A stretch of DNA of 64,000 nt, from positions 34,941-98,940 of the forward strand of contig CALRGV010000003.1 of the NCBI GenBank assembly GCA_943358175.1, read 5' to 3'. Under the pieces are notes generated by a model that saw only the letters and a list, made by a program, of their open reading frames with translations, made no database searches and was not told where the DNA came from. Each line of letters opens with the position of its first letter. The stretch's first letter is position 1. The stretch is from Candidatus Peribacteria bacterium (GTDB taxonomy: Bacteria; Patescibacteriota; Gracilibacteria; UBA1369; LOWO2-01-FULL-3). The position numbers and the translations under genes are program-made. Shown in pieces: positions 60,886 to 64,000 of this stretch.

Positions 60886-63447
60886 ATGAGAAAAATGAAA
60901 AAAATATTTTTGAAATTAGGGATTATGCAGCTTGTGATGGTTTTGCTTTTAACTAATGTCTTTACCGCCAATGCGCTCGATACCGACTCTTCGGCGAAAG
61001 TTTTTAGTGATGTTAGTTCAAGTAATCCTAATTTTAAAGCTATTAATTATTTGAGAGAACAGAAGATAGTGCAAGGTTACGGAAAGGATTACTATACTGC
61101 TGAAAATGAATTTAAGCCTGAGAATAAGATTAATCGTGCAGAATTTATAAAAATTGTGATGGAAGCGGCCGATAAGGCTCCGGAGTTTGGTGATTGTGTT
61201 TATAAAGATGTTGGGAAGAGTGTCTGGTATACTCATTATATCTGTACAGCAACAAAACTTGGTTTTGTGAAAGGATATGATGATGGTACGTTTAGGCCAG
61301 GGCAATATATAAATTTTGCCGAGGCTGCGAAAATTATTGTTAATACCCTGGGATTGGAGATGACAGCTGACGATAATGGAGTTTGGTATAAGGTTTATGT
61401 AAAGGCACTTAGTGACTTATCTGTAATCCCTCAGGATGTAGCGGGATTTAATTACAATATTACTCGCGGCCAGATGGCGGAGATGATTTGGAGAATTAAA
61501 ACAAAGCAAATTTATGCTCCAACGGCTGATTATAAAATGCTTAAGAATAGAGAATTGGCTGCCGCTTCCGGTGGAAAGTTTCAGCAATTTGATTCTTGTC
61601 TCGATTTGAAAACTTATCTTGAGGATAATTCAACACAGGAAGTCTATTATAATAAAATGTTTAAAACTACCGGAGCTTTGCCCGAAGCAGTCTCGGAGAC
61701 AGAGGATACGGGCAGTATGGATGCAGGTATAGGTGATTCGTCGAGTCCGGAGTATTCCACTACGAACATACAGGTTCAGGGTGTAGATGAAGCTGATATC
61801 GTAAAAAATGACGGTAAATATGTGTATTTAGTGAAGGGTAGTACTGTAAGAATTGTTCAGGCTTATCCCGCGGATTCCATGAAGGAAATGGATAAAGTGA
61901 CTTTTGATGATGATGATTTTTATCCAAGTAATATGTATGTGGATGGAAATAGAATGGTGATTATTGGATCTGTATACGGTTCCTTATGGGATAAACCATA
62001 TGTGACTCAAAATACCAATCAGAAAATGATGATGCCGATTATTGGTGATTATTATTCCGGTCAGATGACAAGAATGTATATTTTCGATCTTAGTGATAAA
62101 TCTAAAATTAAAAAAATCAGAGAGTTGTCTTATGAGGGTAGCTATAGTTCTTCAAGGAAGGTTGGGGATACGGTGTACCTGGTGATGAATAAATCTGAGT
62201 ATGCTTACAACTTTCCAAAAGGATGGACCGAGCATGAAGTTTTGCCTTTGTATAAAGATTCGAATACTTCAAAGGTAGATACTGTTGGAAGATGTGAGGA
62301 TGTGCTCTATGTTCCGGGTTCAGAGAGTACGAACTATGTGGTGGTGGCAGGTGTGCCAACGACTGATGCTCAAGGTAAAGTGGAAGAGGAAATAATTGTT
62401 GGATCAAGTGGTACGATTTATGCTTCTCCAAAAAATCTTTATGTGGCCGAAGAAAAATCCAATTGGTTTTATGCGAATCCAAATGCTAATAATCAGGAGC
62501 AAACTATTGTTCATAAATTCAGCTTGAATCCTGAGGATATTAAATATCTTGGCAAGGCTGATGTTCCGGGACACATTATCAATCAATTCTCTATGGATGA
62601 GAATGGTGGTGATTTCAGAATAGCCACGACGCTGGGAAATGCTTGGGATTCCGAGAAGCCCTCTACAAATAATATCTACGTGCTCGATTCGGGCTTGAAG
62701 ATAGCGGGGAAAATCGAAGGCATTGCTCCAGGTGAAACAATTTATTCCGTGCGTTTTGTAGGGGAACGCGCTTACATGGTTACTTTCAAAAAAATTGATC
62801 CATTCTTTGTAATTGATTTGTCTGACGCGAAAAATCCAAAAATTTTAGGTAAATTGAAAATTCCCGGATATAGCGATTATCTGCATCCATATGACGAAAA
62901 TCATATTATCGGTTTTGGAAAGGATGCCGTGGATGCCGGGGAGGAGGAAATGAATGGTTTGAATTTCGCCTGGTATCAGGGACTCAAGATTGCGATGTTT
63001 GACGTGACGGATGTTGCTAATCCCGTGGAAATGCATAAGACATCAATTGGTGATAGAGGAAGCTCTAGTCCGCTTTTGTATGATCATAAAGCTTTGTTGT
63101 TTGATAAGGCCAAGGGACTTATGGCTTTACCTGTAACCGTTGCCGAGATTTCAAAAGCGCTGAAAGATGATCCTAAAGCTTCGGCAAGTACTTACGGAGA
63201 AATCGTTTTCCAGGGTGCTTATGTCTATAACGTGAGCTTGGAAAAAGGCTTTGAATTGAAAGGTAAAATTGGTCACTATGCTCCAAATGAAGTGAAAGAT
63301 AAATCTGGATATTACTGGTCCGGGGATAGTGATATTCAGAGAATTCTTTACATTGGGGAATATCTATACACAGTTTCGCAAGCAATAGTGAGGGCGAATA
63401 TGTTGAATGATTTGAGCGAAGTGAAGAGTTTGGAATTGGTGAAATAA
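60886..63447 (+). CDS. secreted protein with two N-terminal SLH domains and a C-terminal beta-propeller domain (COG4880/PF09826-like)
   Basis: A signal peptide is present. SLH motifs are FSDVSSSNPNFKAINYL...INRAEFIKIV and YKDV...GFVKGYDDGTFRPGQYINFAEAAKII. The propeller part has VQGVDEADIVKNDGKYVYLV and FFVIDLSDAKNPKILGKLKIPGYSDYLHPYDENHIIGFG. Confidence 0.65.
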   Translation: MRKMKKIFLKLGIMQLVMVLLLTNVFTANALDTDSSAKVFSDVSSSNPNFKAINYLREQKIVQGYGKDYYTAENEFKPENKINRAEFIKIVMEAADKAPEFGDCVYKDVGKSVWYTHYICTATKLGFVKGYDDGTFRPGQYINFAEAAKIIVNTLGLEMTADDNGVWYKVYVKALSDLSVIPQDVAGFNYNITRGQMAEMIWRIKTKQIYAPTADYKMLKNRELAAASGGKFQQFDSCLDLKTYLEDNSTQEVYYNKMFKTTGALPEAVSETEDTGSMDAGIGDSSSPEYSTTNIQVQGVDEADIVKNDGKYVYLVKGSTVRIVQAYPADSMKEMDKVTFDDDDFYPSNMYVDGNRMVIIGSVYGSLWDKPYVTQNTNQKMMMPIIGDYYSGQMTRMYIFDLSDKSKIKKIRELSYEGSYSSSRKVGDTVYLVMNKSEYAYNFPKGWTEHEVLPLYKDSNTSKVDTVGRCEDVLYVPGSESTNYVVVAGVPTTDAQGKVEEEIIVGSSGTIYASPKNLYVAEEKSNWFYANPNANNQEQTIVHKFSLNPEDIKYLGKADVPGHIINQFSMDENGGDFRIATTLGNAWDSEKPSTNNIYVLDSGLKIAGKIEGIAPGETIYSVRFVGERAYMVTFKKIDPFFVIDLSDAKNPKILGKLKIPGYSDYLHPYDENHIIGFGKDAVDAGEEEMNGLNFAWYQGLKIAMFDVTDVANPVEMHKTSIGDRGSSSPLLYDHKALLFDKAKGLMALPVTVAEISKALKDDPKASASTYGEIVFQGAYVYNVSLEKGFELKGKIGHYAPNEVKDKSGYYWSGDSDIQRILYIGEYLYTVSQAIVRANMLNDLSEVKSLELVK

Positions 63448-63456
63448 GGAAGGTTA

Positions 63457-63975
63457 TTAGTGGGCGTGTCCATGTCCACTATCTCCGAGTCCGATTGTTG
63501 AAAGTATTTTGTCACGGAAGGCAGCACAGGTGTTTTTTACTGTTTCACTGCCGCTGTCAATTTTTTTCATCGAGATGTCGCGGAGATCCTTTACCCATTT
63601 TGATGGGCGACCGATAAGGCTGGCGAGGTAATCTGCAAAAATCAATGGTGGTCTTAATGAGAATCTTAATCCGTCTGCCGCAATTCTGGGTACGTTCAGG
63701 GCGAGACCTATTGGATTGGTGACTAATTGAGTGGCTATTTTTGTAGTGCCGGAAAGAATGTTTACGGCCGTGTTTCCTACAGCTGCAATTGGAGTCGTGA
63801 TTATTGAGCTGGCTGCTTTCAAGGTATCTCTTGCTCCGTCTTTTAACATTGTAGGTATTGCTTTGAATTTTTCAAATTCGGTGCGAGTATTGTTTATGGC
63901 GTCTGCAACAGGTGTCTGGAGCTCTTCGGCAGCTTTAGTCGTCATATTTACGTTATGACTTGTGGAGGCTTCCAC
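63457..63975 (-). CDS. hypothetical protein ending in GHGHAH
   Basis: The ORF has a GTG start at 63975, but the frame stays open to the window edge. The gene may therefore start at the ATG at 63945 or extend beyond base 64000. No motif recognised. Confidence 0.4.
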   Translation of the reverse strand: MEASTSHNVNMTTKAAEELQTPVADAINNTRTEFEKFKAIPTMLKDGARDTLKAASSIITTPIAAVGNTAVNILSGTTKIATQLVTNPIGLALNVPRIAADGLRFSLRPPLIFADYLASLIGRPSKWVKDLRDISMKKIDSGSETVKNTCAAFRDKILSTIGLGDSGHGHAH

Positions 63976-64000
63976 ACTGTTTAATTGGTCCGCCCTTTTA

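Overview
AT-rich, gene-dense chromosomal segment with about 62 supported CDS and 2 tRNAs. I saw no rRNA, CRISPR array, transposase, integrase or reverse transcriptase. The gene content suggests a small-genome uncultivated bacterium such as Patescibacteria/CPR; this is inference only. It rests on an archaeal-type NMN adenylyltransferase, SUF-only Fe-S machinery, many very large secreted proteins and lipoproteins, and an almost complete lack of Shine-Dalgarno motifs. Recognisable housekeeping genes are galE, HU, topA, phosphohexomutase, NMNAT plus nadE, smpB, tRNA-Ser(GGA), tRNA-Thr(GGU), an L33-like protein, and an Rrf2-sufCBDSU-DUF59 operon. Envelope genes include two YfhO-like GT-C proteins, GT2 and GT4 transferases, DedA, an M50 protease and an SLH/beta-propeller protein. 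The stand-out is a tightly overlapping 14-gene island at 32.3-46.1 kb. It encodes three DegT-type aminotransferases, three radical-SAM enzymes (one RlmN/Cfr-type, two with Cys-rich SPASM/twitch-like tails), a formyltransferase, an SDR, two glycosyltransferases, a PIG-L deacylase, a SAM methyltransferase, a HAM1/RdgB NTPase and a kinase-fold-like protein. This enzyme mix resembles polyamino-sugar or aminocyclitol pathways, but I cannot assign it to any pathway I know. Secondary items are: an orphan RnfD-like/FMN-binding lipoprotein/ApbE module; a roughly 410-nt structured non-coding region ending in a terminator; a GC-rich intergenic repeat family at two loci; a perfect 24-bp inverted repeat abutting tRNA-Thr; a 1-kb AbiEi-like cassette bounded by 44-bp direct repeats; a three-gene toxin-antitoxin-like module with a palindromic operator; and a pair of tandem paralogs of unknown function. 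All functional calls come from motif recognition by eye. No database search was run.
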